DNA of 64,000 nucleotides, from NCBI GenBank assembly GCA_021824095.1, contig JAKALQ010000002.1, positions 935 to 64,934 on the forward strand. The letters run 5' to 3'. Shown piece after piece: positions 63,593 to 64,000 of this stretch. The translations under genes were made by a program, and so were the position numbers. The stretch comes from Actinomycetes bacterium. GTDB lineage: Bacteria; Actinomycetota; Actinomycetes; S36-B12; UBA5976. Under the pieces are notes generated by a model. It saw only the letters and a program-made list of their open reading frames with translations. It made no database searches and was not told where the DNA came from. Positions within the stretch are counted from its first letter, which is position 1. Every line of letters starts with the position of its first letter.

Positions 63593-64000
63593 TCAGTCCA
63601 CCTTCTCCGCAGTGCCCTTGGACTTCACCGCGGTCGCATGCACGATCCTCGCACCCTTCGCGCTCACCTCGATGGCGAAGTCCACCTGGTTTCGTGAACT
63701 GCGGTAGATGCTGAACTGGTTCTCCGGGTAGTGACCCATACCAGTCTTGTTGTCGAAGTAGACGGTGGTGGAGGCGCCCGCTGGAACGGTGAGGCCGTCA
63801 AGCCGCTGGTAGTAGTGCTCCGCTGCCTTCGTCACCATATCGGTCATGGTGTAGTACACCTCGAGGCCAGCGAGTGGTGCCGTACCAGCATTGTGCAGCG
63901 TGAACTGCAGTCGATCACCGATCGTGGCACCCGTGGTGGGATCGACGTTGTTCTCCGCCATGGCCCCCGTAACTGACAGGCTCGGCGTCGTGGATGTGTT
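63593..64000 (-). CDS. Hypothetical protein, probably 5'-truncated by the window edge
   Basis: The reading frame stays open from 63961 to the window end with no stop. Composition is coding-like. No family recognised. Confidence 0.45.
   Translation of the reverse strand, partial: NTSTTPSLSVTGAMAENNVDPTTGATIGDRLQFTLHNAGTAPLAGLEVYYTMTDMVTKAAEHYYQRLDGLTVPAGASTTVYFDNKTGMGHYPENQFSIYRSSRNQVDFAIEVSAKGARIVHATAVKSKGTAEKVD

Noticed and set aside
1-64000. CRISPR arrays, tRNA/rRNA genes, prophage or defence-system genes
   Set aside because: Reading both strands, I saw no regularly spaced direct repeats, no tRNA-like T-arm or acceptor patterns, and no nuclease-, methylase-, helicase- or phage-structural-like ORFs. 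Every sizeable ORF is explained by metabolic, transport or regulatory families.

Overview
High-GC (about 70%) actinobacterial chromosomal segment that is densely coding. I call 55 CDS. I found no rRNA, tRNA, CRISPR array, integrase or transposase.

Main blocks:
(1) Dpp/Opp-type peptide ABC importer with a fused permease-ATPase (243-5738), followed by an MgtA-type P-type ATPase.
(2) GntR-controlled trans-4-hydroxyproline catabolic island (8215-13465), followed by an MFS gene, an ABM gene, a small protein and a homocysteine S-methyltransferase.
(3) Heterodimeric ABC exporter, a NiCoT nickel/cobalt permease preceded by a Nur-box-like site, and the giant NAD-specific glutamate dehydrogenase.
(4) A KimA-like K+ importer in one operon with an N-terminally truncated KdpD-like kinase and a KdpE-like regulator (26329-30021).
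(5) A 12.6-kb single-strand iron/heme supercluster (30183-42827). It holds feoA, feoB and a feoC-like gene, then all nine coproporphyrin-dependent heme genes, then a radical SAM/SPASM gene translationally coupled to hemY.
(6) Assorted metabolism and efflux genes: GDPD, malQ, MarR, esterase, acyl-CoA ligase, nitroreductase, a MarR-ABC-2 efflux unit, AKR, cfa and murT-gatD.
(7) A copper-repressor-type (CsoR-like) operator in front of a CxxC membrane protein and a double-RCK channel-like protein.
(8) A pair of 54-63 nt hairpin repeats bracketing a VOC gene, next to a two-component system whose kinase and regulator genes converge and overlap.

A recurrent TANNNT-N6-start geometry at 11 first-in-operon genes indicates widespread leaderless transcription and supports several start-codon choices.

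The long antisense ORFs in the six-frame track are GC-composition artefacts.

All functional calls come from motif and family recognition by eye. No database search was run.
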